From the NCBI GenBank assembly GCA_977030845.1, contig OZ365114.1, positions 15,314,001 through 15,378,000 on the forward strand: a stretch of 64,000 nucleotides of DNA. The letters run 5' to 3'. Under the pieces are notes generated by a model. The model had not been told where the DNA came from. It worked only from the letters and a program-made list of their open reading frames with translations, and searched no databases. Positions 51,201 through 64,000 of this stretch are shown piece by piece. Every line of letters starts with the position of its first letter. The first letter of the stretch is position 1. A program made the translations under genes and the position numbers. The stretch is from Fimbriosthenelais zetlandica (taxonomy: Eukaryota).

Positions 51201-54200
51201 ATGCCATGAATAGCTTAACGTTTGATGCCCACCAGTCAAAGAGGTAGAGTATAGTATAAAGCACTTTAATGTTTCAAGGCCTTACAACGGGACTTTGTCA
51301 TAGACAGGAGATGAACTCCGGTCAAGTACCAAGCATGTGTAAAGCCAGTTGTTCTCTATTACAAATGAATCATTAATGAAATGTCACTGCGCTTCCTCCC
51401 AATATGTGTACAGGCCTGGCCAAAACTACTCTCAGCTGCTTCTTTTATAATTCATGCTCGTTTATAACCATGGAAGAGTGACTTAATTATTCATACCACT
51501 CCGGGGAGCTTTTGAGAGTCTGCCATTAAGTTTTCGGTTGTAGAATCTAGCCAAGATTTCCTGCCGAGAAGAAAAAAAACTCTTTGCCACTCTGCTGAGT
51601 GGTTGAACATTACAATGTAGAAATCGACTGTAACGACTGGATTCACAAGACAAAGAATGTTATAATGATGTCCTTGTAAATTAAGTTCCTTGATTGTCTC
51701 GAGCAATTGCCTGCAGAAATTGCCTCAGTGAGCACAATGCTCTACATAGGTGCTTTAATTAAAGGCGGTCAATACAGCAAATGGCAATAGCAGCCAGAGC
51801 AGCTTCTGTGCCATACAAGAGCAACTTGTGAGCAGCATGCCCTTAGTGAGCCATAAATATGTTACTTCATGGTCTGATAATGCTTGTGAATATTGTAAAC
51901 AGAGGGGCTCTCAGTGCTACGCTACGTTCTGTATACTGGGCGTCTCTAATGGGGGGAGCCTGGCAACACTCTACTTAGGCTACCTCAAGTGTGGAAGAAA
52001 ATGTTATTGATTACTGCATATCCTATGCATAAGCCAAATACCAAGATGGATGATTTCTTCCCAGTAACAGTTTTATAACCGACGAAGAGACTTTCTCTGG
52101 AAGTGGCATTTGGAGATTCATCTCTCAAAATCCTGAAATAAATTCAGAGATGGAACAGTATTTGACTGCATAGGACATACTTTGGAAAGTATTTTTCTTT
52201 AAAATTCCCATAGTTAGAATATATACTTTGAATTTTAATCCAAGTGAAGCTTTTTTCTTTTGATAATTATATTACTTTTTGGAATGATAAATGCCCGTGT
52301 CTGTATCTATGGAGAGATAGGGTGATTTTGGATTATCAGGGGATGAGATAGGCTGAGGAGAGGATGGTGCTTTCAAGGCGTGACAGTTTTGATTGATTGT
52401 TGAGGGGGTGGTTATCTCAGGGGATCAGTCCTTTACAGCTGATGAAGCCATGCAATGACATATATATGCAGAAGTGTAGTGTAGACCAAGCCTGGGTGGG
52501 TGGGATTATGAAGTGGAACTCTGCAATTAAATTTCCAGGAAAAAATATGTTGTTTGCAGTGGAAGGCTCGATAATTTGCGTTAGAATAGGGGAATGTTAT
52601 TTCTTTAGATTTATATCTTAGCTCCAGCATGGTTTTAAACTCCACAGGGATGCTGCTTATCATAAGTATCCCAGTTAATCCCATTCTGGTTCTTTTCTTA
52701 ATGCCTAGGATTAGTCTGAGCCGTCCATAGGTAAATACAGTCTCTGACGATGCAGATGACTAGAAGGCACTGCCTTTTATCTTTGCCTATAGTATCTTCT
52801 CACATTGGCATTTTTTTAAAATTTATATGTTTATCTCTGTTGACACTGGTGTCAGTTCATTCTGCAATTATTACCAACTATTATCCTTATGAATAGGACA
52901 TAATTATATCAAAAGAAAAGGAAAAATGGACCGATTTGATGCCAACATTGATAGTACCTATTTTGGCACATCGCAAAATTCTTTTGCGATGAAGTCTATA
53001 CAAATTGAAAGGACCTTTATGATACCAGAATGCCCTTGTATTTACTATGAGATAAGTTACCATGACCTTGGACAGTCTGGCCCTTGGTTCTGGTTCTGGC
53101 AATAGTACTACTTTGCCCTCCGGTGTGCCCCATCTGCACTTCCTACTGCCATGTTCTCCCAGACCAAACTATTTTACTTCCTCCATAGCTTCTGTCTATG
53201 AAATTGGTACCAGCCTTTGCTTATTTGAAAGACGAGCCAAAGTGATCAGTACAGGCCGTTTGCTTGCTTTTACGATGTCGTAGACTACCCCCGTATGAAA
53301 TTCAGACATGTCTCCCTGTTTCAGATACACAGTCATTCCCCTACACTGGAAGCTAATATAAAGTGGCTTCCATCAGCTAATTTCACCCTGTTTCTTGCAA
53401 ATCCTTGAACATGCAGCTTTCCCATAATGGAATTGCGATGTTATCCTCTGTTAAAAAAGCCTTTTATTTCGCCATTCTCTTCATAGGGAGAGAAGAACAC
53501 TTCCTATTTTGCTATTTCTGTAGGAAACCCATGTAAGCTGAGTTAGATTTTCCCCATAAAACTACAAAAAATACACACACTGTGTTTTCCCATCAAGAAA
53601 TATGATAAAAATGTTCTATTTACATCACTGGGAAAAAGATTATGGACTGATCTCCTAATTTCCTGTCATTAGTCGGCAGTATGAAATGCGAATTATGCTA
53701 AACTAACACATGCATAATTAGAAACAAACAGAAAATGACAAGAATAACGATTCAACAGACTGCGAACACGTCCGGTTGCTTGTTTTTTTTCTTCTAATGC
53801 GACTTCATAAAACCACCAGCTATCGAATGAGTCTATTAAACGTTCTAATCGAGCCTGTGTCATATGAGTGCGACCACAAAAAAGGCACTAGGCACTAGCT
53901 GCAAACTACATGACCCATGTCTATGTCAGTAGCCGTAGCCTCATTTCCTCCCGATTAAATGGACCAAACTGTATGGTGTGCTATTCAAAAATTAGACGAG
54001 GCCCATTCTATACGCTTAAGGCTTCCTCCAAATTACATTTCATATCGAGGGTGGATTTGTAGATGAAGGATGTGGAAAGAGAACAGAGGATTTGAGGAAA
54101 TGACTCGGGAATTGAAGCAGAGTTTAAAGCACCTTTGAGTTAAAAAACTATCGGAGAGGAACTTCATTAGAGACTGATGTTCACGCTCTCAATCGCAACT

Positions 54201-57200
54201 GTGCTCATAGTAGGACGATGCTTGATGGGAGATGCAAAGGCAGATTAGTCTGAATAAACAGGCCAAATGGACTGAACACGTGAAGCAGAAACAGAGATGG
54301 CTTTTATCTGTAATATTATAAACAAGAACGATGCTTCACAATATACGAGCTTGTCATTGTGTGCAGCGCTTGTAAAGGGAAACCAACTAATCCATCTCCT
54401 CCTCCTCCTGCTGCTCCTTCCCTTCCTCTTTCCCTGAGTCAATGCTACTGCACAAGTCCAGCAAACCTTGGCATGGATCACTGTGTAAATAGCCCCTAGC
54501 CAAGTCTGCCGGAGGACGGCCACTTTGTGCTCAGACAACCCCTCCACCCCTATGTATTACTATACCCTGCTGAGCTGTCGTTCGCCCGGTGAATATTTCA
54601 TGATGGCCATTCTCTTCCGGTGCCTGAATTGTAAGTGTGTGGTCTATGGTCCAAACTCAGGATTCCCTTTCAAACTGGCCACGTGAAAAAGATTACAGGC
54701 CCTGAAAGGTCCTCAAATGTTTCCTCTTGCCACCTTGACACTTTTTTCCCTTCACTATCCCTTCAGCGCGGATTGTCCTCAAATAGAATTGCGCAGTCCC
54801 ATCATTGGCGAGGCAACCTGCCTTTGAGGCAAAAATTGCGTACTGTCATAAAATGCTTGCAGTATGGCAGCTTTAATGCTTTCAACTATGACAGCTATGG
54901 ATGGAAAATATACACATCCTAACACATATATATTGTTCTTTTAAAGAGGGAAAATCTTGTATCTTTTATGGCTTAATTTGATGCCTGAGAACCTAAATTA
55001 TTCATTGGGTGCTCTAAAGAGTTCTCAATGATTCCCATCTGAGTACCCATTTGTTATAATTCACTATAAGGTAATACAAAAATATCATACAGTCAACTAA
55101 CGGCACCACCTTATCGCTCTGAGCTTAGAATTGAGCTTATAGCTGAAAAACGACTTAAGCAATTTAGAAAAAAAAACATATTTGCTCTAGGGATATGATT
55201 GAATATGATTGAAACAAAGAAGGCTCGTTCTTTTGAGTGGCGACAGGCTTTCAATTCCCAGACCTCTACTCTTATGTTGTACTTTACAATGGTCGTCATA
55301 TATTGCTCTTCGATGCTATTCCCACATGCAGTGAGTCTATATGAACGGAATACTGTACACATTTCCGACAGGAGCAAAGTACTTTTGATTTGCATCAGGT
55401 ACTTTGAGAATATATAATTATGTTATACATACCGGAATGAACATTAAAAACAAAACAATTACCCAATGAAGCACAGCAGATGTAATAGCGGATGTCAAAG
55501 TGTTTTAATCGGGAATATAGAGAGATAAGCGTACATACTTAAAGGTACGAAAGTGTGTTTAAACAGTAATATAATCATCCTTGAAACTTAGAAGACACAA
55601 AGTTGTGTACTTAAAACTTGAGAAGGACTGCATTATTTATGGTCTGTACATGTAGATATAGTTTCCTGTGATGAGAGATGGTCATCAGCGACAGCTAGTG
55701 ATAAATTCCATCACTACCTACAAACCACCACCCAAGCATCTGCTCGAGGTCATCCCTCCCTTTCAACTCAGCGCACCCAGTCTCCATGACATTGCTGGGA
55801 AACAATCTGTTATGACTTGAATGGCCGCCAAAATAACATTGTCGCCTGCTTACATCAGTCACGTCAGATTGTAGAGGGGCCAATTTGCCTCCCTGCGGCA
55901 GATTCAGAATCATCTCCAGTTGACCTTTTTATGCCCACAGCGAAAAGGCAACCAGGTGGCGTGATAGAGCCCAAGGTCACAAACCAGGCCCAACCAAGTG
56001 TCACGAAGGTCAGGTGATGTGAGGAGGGAGTGCTGTAATACTACTTGTCCTCAGGCTCTGTAACAATACCTCTCCACCACTACAACAATGGTGAAAAACA
56101 AGCTTTCCAACTACTACTAATACTCACTACATAGCTACCCGGCCTTGAACGTCTACTGTTTGTGTCTGTTTAAAACTCGATGGGGAATACAGAACAATGC
56201 AGAAAGAAAAATGAAATTAAGCCTTCCTCGGAGTTTTTAATGATGGTAACATCAGAAAAAAGTAACCTGTTTGATTGAATAAACCAAAAAGAATGGCGTA
56301 TAAAAATTTGCATTGAACAAGTTTTTTGATGATCTCTATTTTATTTAAAGATCTTCGCTGGAGAAATTGTTGCTCGGATTGTTTTCAGAGGAATGAATCT
56401 ATATAATATTATGATGATTGAAAAGTTCAGCAAGACTCGATGTGGGACATTTTTCTCAATTTGATTGTTTAGGAGGTCATTAGAAGTCGTTAAATGGTGC
56501 CTATAAATTTGTATAATACTGAAGGGAGGATATTTGGAAGACAGCCAAAGCCGAAAGCCGAAATGTATGGTCCTTAATACACCTTATTGTTTAGCAGTTA
56601 GGAAATATATGAGGCCAGCTGTCATGGCTTTTTCCTGCTGTGAGGTCTAGAACAAGTTATTGGTCCTTCATTTTGTGACTGTTGGGTAACTTCCTAGAAC
56701 ATAATTATGTGAAATATTTATCTTGATGATTGATAAGAAACAAGTCTATGGGTACATTCTAAAAGCTTATCTGTGATCTGCACGAGGTGTTTTGGTCAAT
56801 GCATGAACACCCAGGATTCAACATACGAAGCTGACAAAAGTGCTTCCTCATCTGGGTGAGAGTTACAAATTTCTCAGCCCAAGTCAGCACCTTTGTATTT
56901 TGGTCAAGCTTTTGCGCAGCAGGAAGAAGCGATCTCTGCTTTTAAGGCAATATATAGAGGCAGATACACGCTCATTTATATGCCTTCCACCACCTTATGC
57001 TCTTACACGCTATCAGCTTAGCAGGTATTCATTAACCCTTTCGATACCAAAGCCATGCCATACCTTTTCTTGTTGCCTAGTTCGATTAAATCACCCAAGC
57101 ATAGTTGGTGGTGCAAGTTAATGCAATTTTCACCCCTCGCCGCTCTACTGATGGGCAGAGGATCCCCCTTGGTTGCCGAAACCACGGAACGCGCAAAGCT

Positions 57201-58703
57201 GCCAAACGCGCACTGCAGCGCATGCAATCCTGGGTGGATGGTCTGAATGCCGTGAATTCTTGAATAGGTCTTCCCCGTTATGGGCCGCTGTATCTTGAAT
57301 CACTCCAGTTGATGCGATACAGTATCCCATTTGCCTAGTATCACATACTCGGATCGCTGCCCTAATCCATTAGCAGCCAGCATGAAATTGGAGATGTGCA
57401 CTGCAACCCACTCATGACTAGAGAAATCAGTTAATTTCTTCTCACCACATTTTCATCTGAGGCGAGTTAGGAAATGGGAGAATTTATGTTGGATAGTTGA
57501 TAATTTTTTTGGTAATGAACCTCTTCTCAGTTGTAGGATCTTGAGGTGGTTCTCAGATGAGGTACAAATGTAGAGAGTGATCATTCATGAAAAAATAACG
57601 CATTATCTGATTGAATTTATCCCATTTATGATGGAATTAAATCTTTCTATGGCTTCTTCTATAAAATGTACTTGGCCTACTTAACAGGATGGAGTTTTTT
57701 TTGTATGTAATATGTGCATGACAGGTTGTAGTGGAACACGAAAGTGTTAAGAAGCCAGTGTGGGTCATGCATGACATAGTGATGATTTAGCACCTTCATG
57801 GTTGGGGCTGACCACTACATTGTCCTTTCCTTCCGCCATTCCACATTATTGGACTGTGGGTTCAGGTGGGCTATCTACCAGCAACCCTGATGACAGCAAT
57901 CTATTGATCTGTGTCCAAGAAGTGCATGTATGCGAAGGTTTCAGCAACCACTCCCAACTCACTGAAGACGTGCTCGGGTCTTAAAATAAGATATAGCTAA
58001 AATTCACTTTTTTCCCTATTTTTCATGAATTGAAATGAATTAATATATGACAATGGCTCCATAAGGCCCGGGGATATTATTCAAACACATGGCCCCTATA
58101 TTAAAAGATCCTGTCGACAACGTTGTAGAAAAGCAACTATCATGTTTAAGTACTAAGTTTTTTTCAAGGATGATGGGTCAAGTCTATACATGTTCCTGAC
58201 TATGTATGCAAGCACTGGACCACTTCTGATATTCTCTCTATATGCAAGCCCCCTGACTCCGGCTGAGACTGGCGTGAATAAATGTGTGTCAAGGGACAAG
58301 TGATATTTGGTCCGGCCAGTTTGGCCAGAACCCTGCCTGGATGTGAGGCGAATGGTAAGTGGTATGTCAGCACAAAGCCATTTGACAGCTGCCTGATGAA
58401 GCTCATAAATGGACCTGGGCAAGAACAGGCAGTGTGGCGCATAAAAGCTCTTTTGTGGCATAAATCATCATTTGTTTAATGTATATATTCAATTGGTTGT
58501 ATATTTGGTTTAAGAAGGGCCTATGGTTTCCCAATGTGCCAATGGGCTTGGAATTCCAAGGTCCCTGCAGAGGGTCAGGTCAGATCTGAAGGAAAGACTG
58601 TGAACATTGTGCAAATAATGTTTATATTGTCTGTATACTTAAAGTAATTAGTGATGATATAAATTACTTTTGACTCATGATTTTCTCTTTTGTATATTTT
58701 CAG

Positions 58704-58749
58704 GTATGTAACAATTCTTTGAATGACAGTCAATCAGCTCATCATGAAG
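58704..58749 (+). CDS. Candidate exon 2 (46 nt, phase 0 to 1; VCNNSLNDSQSAHHE) of the signal-peptide gene, or a recursive-splice exon
   Basis: Strong acceptor TTTTCTCTTTTGTATATTTTCAG ends at 58703; donor GAAG|GTAGGC at 58749/58750. Only phase 0 is open, matching the phase-0 donor at 21028. Confidence 0.45.
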
Positions 58750-61700
58750 GTAGGCTAAAAGACCACCAAGTTTGTTTTCTTTGCGAGGGAACAATGGACA
58801 TTTTGGTCCGAGCTAATCGGTGCACGTAGGCTATACTGTGTGGGCAAAAACAAGTTGAGTCATTGAGAATGCTAATATCACTGAAAAGATAGAACTGCAG
58901 CTGCGATGGAGGCTGTTAAAGCTTCTTGATTCATATGGAGAGTGCCAGCTGAATCAGCAGGTTTGGAAGCCTATCTTGTGTGGAATAGTGTCAAGTGATC
59001 TCATATATTTCGAAAAGTTGGACAGTGAAGTTGAGACAGAAGGATACTGAGACACTGAAACTGTAGGAAATACTTTTAAGAAACTTCTGACAGGAGATGA
59101 CATGGGCCTTATCGACAAAATAAAATGTTTTTTTCTGTTAAATTGCCTCTCCGAAATCAACACTGAGCATGTGTTGAACACATTTGTGTAAGATGATGTG
59201 GTTAGGCCTAGATTACCTTGAATTAAATCTCACCAATCAGTTCAATTAATCATGCATGACAAGCGGGTGTGCAAAGGTGCCACTTGATCCAGTGCTTCAT
59301 TATAAAAAAAGCATCCATGGTTTCAGTTACACCTGCCTGAAGACTATGAAATCTCTGCACCACCAAAGGGAATTTCTGGGCCTCAGGACGTCCCCGTTCA
59401 GTGTCCCCACGGCTGGGAATTGATTTGGTGCTTATAATTTCCTTAGTCTTCATGGGCACTTTATGGTAAATTCATGACAGAATGTTTTATGTGTCCAAAG
59501 TCCCCAGGCGAGTGGGGGATTTTCCCCACTATGTTCATTATTTCTAATGTTACTTTTTACGTCGAATATGGTGCAGACATGCATAAATCTGCCGAGTTTT
59601 CATCACACAATTATCCAGGGACTTCAGCTCGACCATGGAATCTAACAAAAAAGACCCAACGGTTTGCGCCTCATGTATAGCAATATGAAGAATTTATAAT
59701 CCAAGTTTTCATTAGTTCCACAATTTCAATACTGTATGCACAGTTGACTGAAAATTGAGGGGGGAAAACCACACCGGAACCGACAAAGAAGAATGAAAGT
59801 TAAATCAATTCCTATATGCCGGGAGATATATATGTGCGAGCTAGAGAACTGGCAGTGGGTTGCCTTTCACTGACTCATTAGACAAAGCCTCCTGTCGCCT
59901 TGACAAACAAGATCTATGTAAATCAAGCGGTGCCAATTACAGAGCCAATCCCCCTCCTGTCGCTTAGCCCAAACAAACTGGGAGGGGGTAAAAGACCCCT
60001 GTTTAGGCAGGTCTGTTATTTTTCATTGGCACCAAGGCTAATTACATCCACTGACTATATAGTCAAAGCTCTCATATACTCACTCCATCCTTCACTCTTC
60101 ATTTCTAATCTATCTAACAGGTTTCTATTTGCCTATGTTGCACTATATATACGGCAGTATTTAAGCGACCAGCATATAATATAGGGAGAAAATGAGTTAA
60201 GAAGCTTTACCTCTTCCCCGCATTTTGTTATTAACAGCTTGCCTCAGCTCAAGTCACACAAACAATCCCACGTACGCGAAAAGTGATGAATTAAGCCTGG
60301 AGAAAACGGGGCCATTTATTACCAGTCTGCTGCTCACTTCAAGCTAGCATCTCACGAGCTTCTTGCTAGAGCTACCACAAGCCCTATTGTAATCCCCTAG
60401 AGAGTGAGTAATTTCTTGGGTTTAAGAAAAAAAGCCAAATAATTCCAGCACTAGCTCCTGCTTTTTCTGTGTATTTATCATATTGCTTGAAGAGTGATAG
60501 CATCCAGGGTTTTTTAATCACTGTACGGAAGAAAATTAGATCCATAAATAGAAAGGAAATGTCAGCGATTAGGAGGATGAAAAAGCTAACCCTGCATATC
60601 CAATAAGACGGAAGGGGAAATGTATTGCGATATTAATTTGACACCCCTAATAAGTATTCCTCAAACATCCTTGAGGTGCGATGCTAACGCACGTTTATAA
60701 GCCCAACTGATGTATGTGCTGACTATTGCACCTTTACAATAAACTAGTACTAATACTAGTTGAATGTATGTTGAAATATACATAATTTTGATTATACATT
60801 TTGTATTGTAATTTTCACTAAGAAATAATATAGGCATAGTTAAAATTTGCTTAGAACTTGAATAATTGAAACACAATGTTACTCTGTATAACACTGATAC
60901 GTAAGTGTTAAAGTGACATTTTGACCTTTCCATCCGCCCTGTAGTTGAAAATTACAAACGATCCCATGTCCCTAACAGTATTATCCCCTCTGGCCAGGCC
61001 CTCTATACCGCCCTGGGTTAACCACGGATGAAGAGAGTGTGAAACACTCATTAACAGAGCAGTTAATTAAGTGTGTAGAGCAGGGCCAAGTCTTGGTATC
61101 AGCTGATCATAGTGATTACCAATCAGTCAGCTCCAGGCTCACCCTCCACACCTCCTCCAATGTGTAAGCGAGCATGTCCATGCTCCTCAGGCCCAGTACT
61201 CTACTATTGAATCATTTGACTCTTATATTGCCTGGTCCCCAAAGGGATACAATTGTATAATGTCTTGCGTTGCACTCTGGGTAACCCTGGGTGTTTTGTC
61301 CAGATTATTTGGCTCGACAAAAAATGTGTTTTAGTTAATTTTAAGAGCTGGTCTGAACTGAATAATGGACAAATTTGTTCAGTGTGACCTAGGATTCTTC
61401 TGCGAACCCTGAAGCAGAGCTCCTGCCTATCTCCCCCAGCCATTCTGGAATGAAATCAATGGAGGTGTTGGCATGCAAACCCTCAATGAGGACACTGTAT
61501 TTAAGCATTATCTGCTAAGTGGCATTACCTCACACATGAATTCACTGATATAAACGCCATTTATTCCTCGAGCACTGTGCAATGCTGCTCAGTTAACAAC
61601 CCATTGTGGAAACCGTTGAGCTGCCTTTATATCAAGACCATAAACATTGCCCAGGTTGTTGCGTAAGCTGGTGTGGGTTCTGTTGACCCCTTTCAAATTA

Positions 61701-62201
61701 CGGACGTCACTGACTTTCATTAGTGTACCAAACACCATGTAACATACTCCTATGAGGGATTGGCGAGCGTAATTTTATGATACTTTGATACCAATGAACA
61801 GCAGCGTTGCAGAGTACGCCTTATTGCAACGAACCTTTGCCTGATCTATAGTCTCTATAGGGGGCTGCCGGTTAGAAGTCACCATGCCTGTGTCGAGCAG
61901 CTTGCAGAAGCGTTGCAGCGGATGCTGCAGCAGCCATTTTTAAGGAGCTGAATCTTCGTTGTTTCACATTTCTCATCTTTGTGTGTGCCTGTAAGTGGAT
62001 GTCAGACTCCCTAAATCTGGATATATGGGCCATCTGCTGTAGTGTTAGCCAAATTTGGGAGAGATAGCCTGGGCAGAATGGTGTGGAAGGAAATCACCCC
62101 AGATGTAGGGTTTGTGCTTATGCTATCAAATATATGTGGTATTTGTATATAGGGGGAACAGCTTGTGACTGCTTCCAGCATTTTAATTGGATATAGACCA
62201 G

Positions 62202-62260
62202 AGATCATTGCCTGGTGATTCTTGCAGTGATTCTTGCAATTGGAGCTTGTCTACAAGACC
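62202..62260 (-). repeat. Third, near-identical copy of the core of the 213-bp repeat
   Basis: 57/59 identical to 32962-33020, in the same orientation. Confidence 0.9.
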
Positions 62261-64000
62261 AAAGGATAAGGTATAAAACCAGTGAAGAACATAACTGTGA
62301 CTGCGCACTTGGTGCTAATTTCCCCTCTAAGACCACTAGGCCTTGGTGGTATCCAATGGCAATGATAATAGGAGCGGGTGAGACCAGACTTTGATCTGTG
62401 TTACTGTAGAGGAGGATCTTTGGATCCCCTCTCTCTGATATCCAACTAACACCTTCAACAGTTTCTTCAGGGCCTCCTGCTGGTAGCGCTTCTGTTACAG
62501 CTGAGTCTACTGCTGGTTGTTGACAAAACCTCCTTAAGGCAAACTCCTAGGGACATAAAGAAAACCTTTTTCTTCTCTTTATCACTCTTGTTTCTTTTTG
62601 TTCTTTTCTATTCGCTACCACCGACCGACCCACCTATCCCTTCTTGCAAACTGGTATTGTAGATGATACTGATTCTCCAAGTACTCATATTGTTCCCTCA
62701 ATCTCCAATTGCCGTGGAGGTATACGGTTTCCAATTGATGTCAATTAATTTGTTTTCCTGATGCCTTCTGCTTGGCGTTATGGAATAACCTTATTGGACA
62801 GCGGCAAAAAAAATGATGACACCGCTTTCTCAATTTTCGAAGCAGATGGTGGTTATATTTGACAATTCTTGCTTATGATGCTTAACATCACAGTTATTGA
62901 AACAGTGACAGAGAACTCTTATAACAATCGATATTTTATCTATTCTCTTCCAGTAGGCACTTTCTCTAACTAGACGCATGAATCATTTTGCTGACTTAAG
63001 CCATATTCCATTAATACAGTCCCTCTGGAGATATTCGAGACCACTACAACATTAAGCAAGTTAATCCAGAAAGCTTAAAATCAGCACTCTTCACTATGAT
63101 CGGCATTCATGCAATTTGAGACTAAGAGTCCTACCGGGCTGAAATACAATGAGATTGGAGAAGTGGAACTAGCAGGACAGAGTGTATCTTGGAATGTATT
63201 TAGTATGAATCTTTTCATCCTTCCCTCTGCCTTGTAAACTATTCATTGACAATAGCTATATACACAGAGAAGCGGAGTCATGGAGATGATAATGAATTGC
63301 TTTAAAAAAGAAGAACATCATTTATTGCTCGACTCCGATGCAAACGGTCCTGTTCTGCAGAAGATTATTTGAACTGAAATATAACCACCATATTGGAAAG
63401 GCTTTTAAATTCCTGAAGGTGCTCGAGTGATTTCATTCAGTGAAACGATTTGAAAGCAATACGCAATTTCTAAACTGGATCTTGGAGACCAGGTTAAAAA
63501 TTGAAGACAAACATTCGTCGAGTTAAGCATCCATAATTCAGCTTATAATATATTCCGCGTTAAGTATGTATCAGTTCAGTATGAGTAACCGAACCAGACA
63601 CTATGAAATTGCGCTTGTTGATGCAATCCATATTTATCATCGACAATGTATTCGGGGTATATTTTTAAAGACGACGTCCTTTGAGATGGATGATAATTAT
63701 CTAATCACTTCTTGAAGATCCCCATCTCCCACAGCTATCATTCTTCCTTCCATGGCCTGCCGGTTATTACAGCGGATGAGAATGAATCACCGGTGAATGG
63801 GACTCCGCTACTCATTTTTGTTTGTGTGAACTACAAGGTTGATTAGACTTTTAGTTTTTTTAAAGACCTTATGATGAAACATGGGTTTGGGTTTGTGGTT
63901 GGGCATTGGGGAGTGCTATTAGGTTCCCTGGTGGTTTTGAAACGGATATGCCGCTTCATTAATGAAAGGGATCGATTTGGATAATTGTGCCAAATAATGA

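Noticed and set aside
55948-55962. CTCF-like motif GCAACCAGGTGGCGT
   Set aside because: A single imperfect motif that cannot be distinguished from chance without ChIP or conservation data.
427-62208. The many 60-130 aa ORFs in the supplied track
   Set aside because: Their lengths are expected by chance in 64 kb with alternative starts, they lack domain motifs and splice context, and many are antisense shadows or low-complexity. Only those listed as features had independent support.

Overview
Eukaryotic, gene-poor, AT-rich animal DNA. The spliceosomal GT-AG signals, TATA boxes and frequent TAGGCCTA-type words suggest an invertebrate deuterostome such as an echinoderm (inference, not established). 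Only one long ORF is unambiguous: an alpha-arrestin (ARRDC/TXNIP family) at 11116-12291 with an intronless CDS, a TATA box and a probable 5'-UTR intron. At 19.2-20.7 kb there is a compact spliced unit. Its orphan reading frame is interrupted by one TGA-CTA stop, a readthrough-prone context, and stays open beyond it. About 100 nt after its AATAAA begins the first coding exon (20777-21028) of a signal-peptide protein. Most of the remaining 43 kb appears to be that gene's first intron, with a possible exon 2 or recursive-splice site at 58704. The rest is repeat-derived: a CCC...GGG CMC/EnSpm-type non-autonomous DNA transposon carrying spliced but ORF-less cargo, a tRNA-Ile-like SINE with a target-site duplication, decayed LINE fragments, a perfect 33-bp hairpin, a CpG-rich palindromic tandem repeat and a decayed in-frame 213-bp repeat with a distant third copy. 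Almost all short ORFs in the supplied track are judged spurious. All family assignments come from reading motifs by eye; no searches were run.
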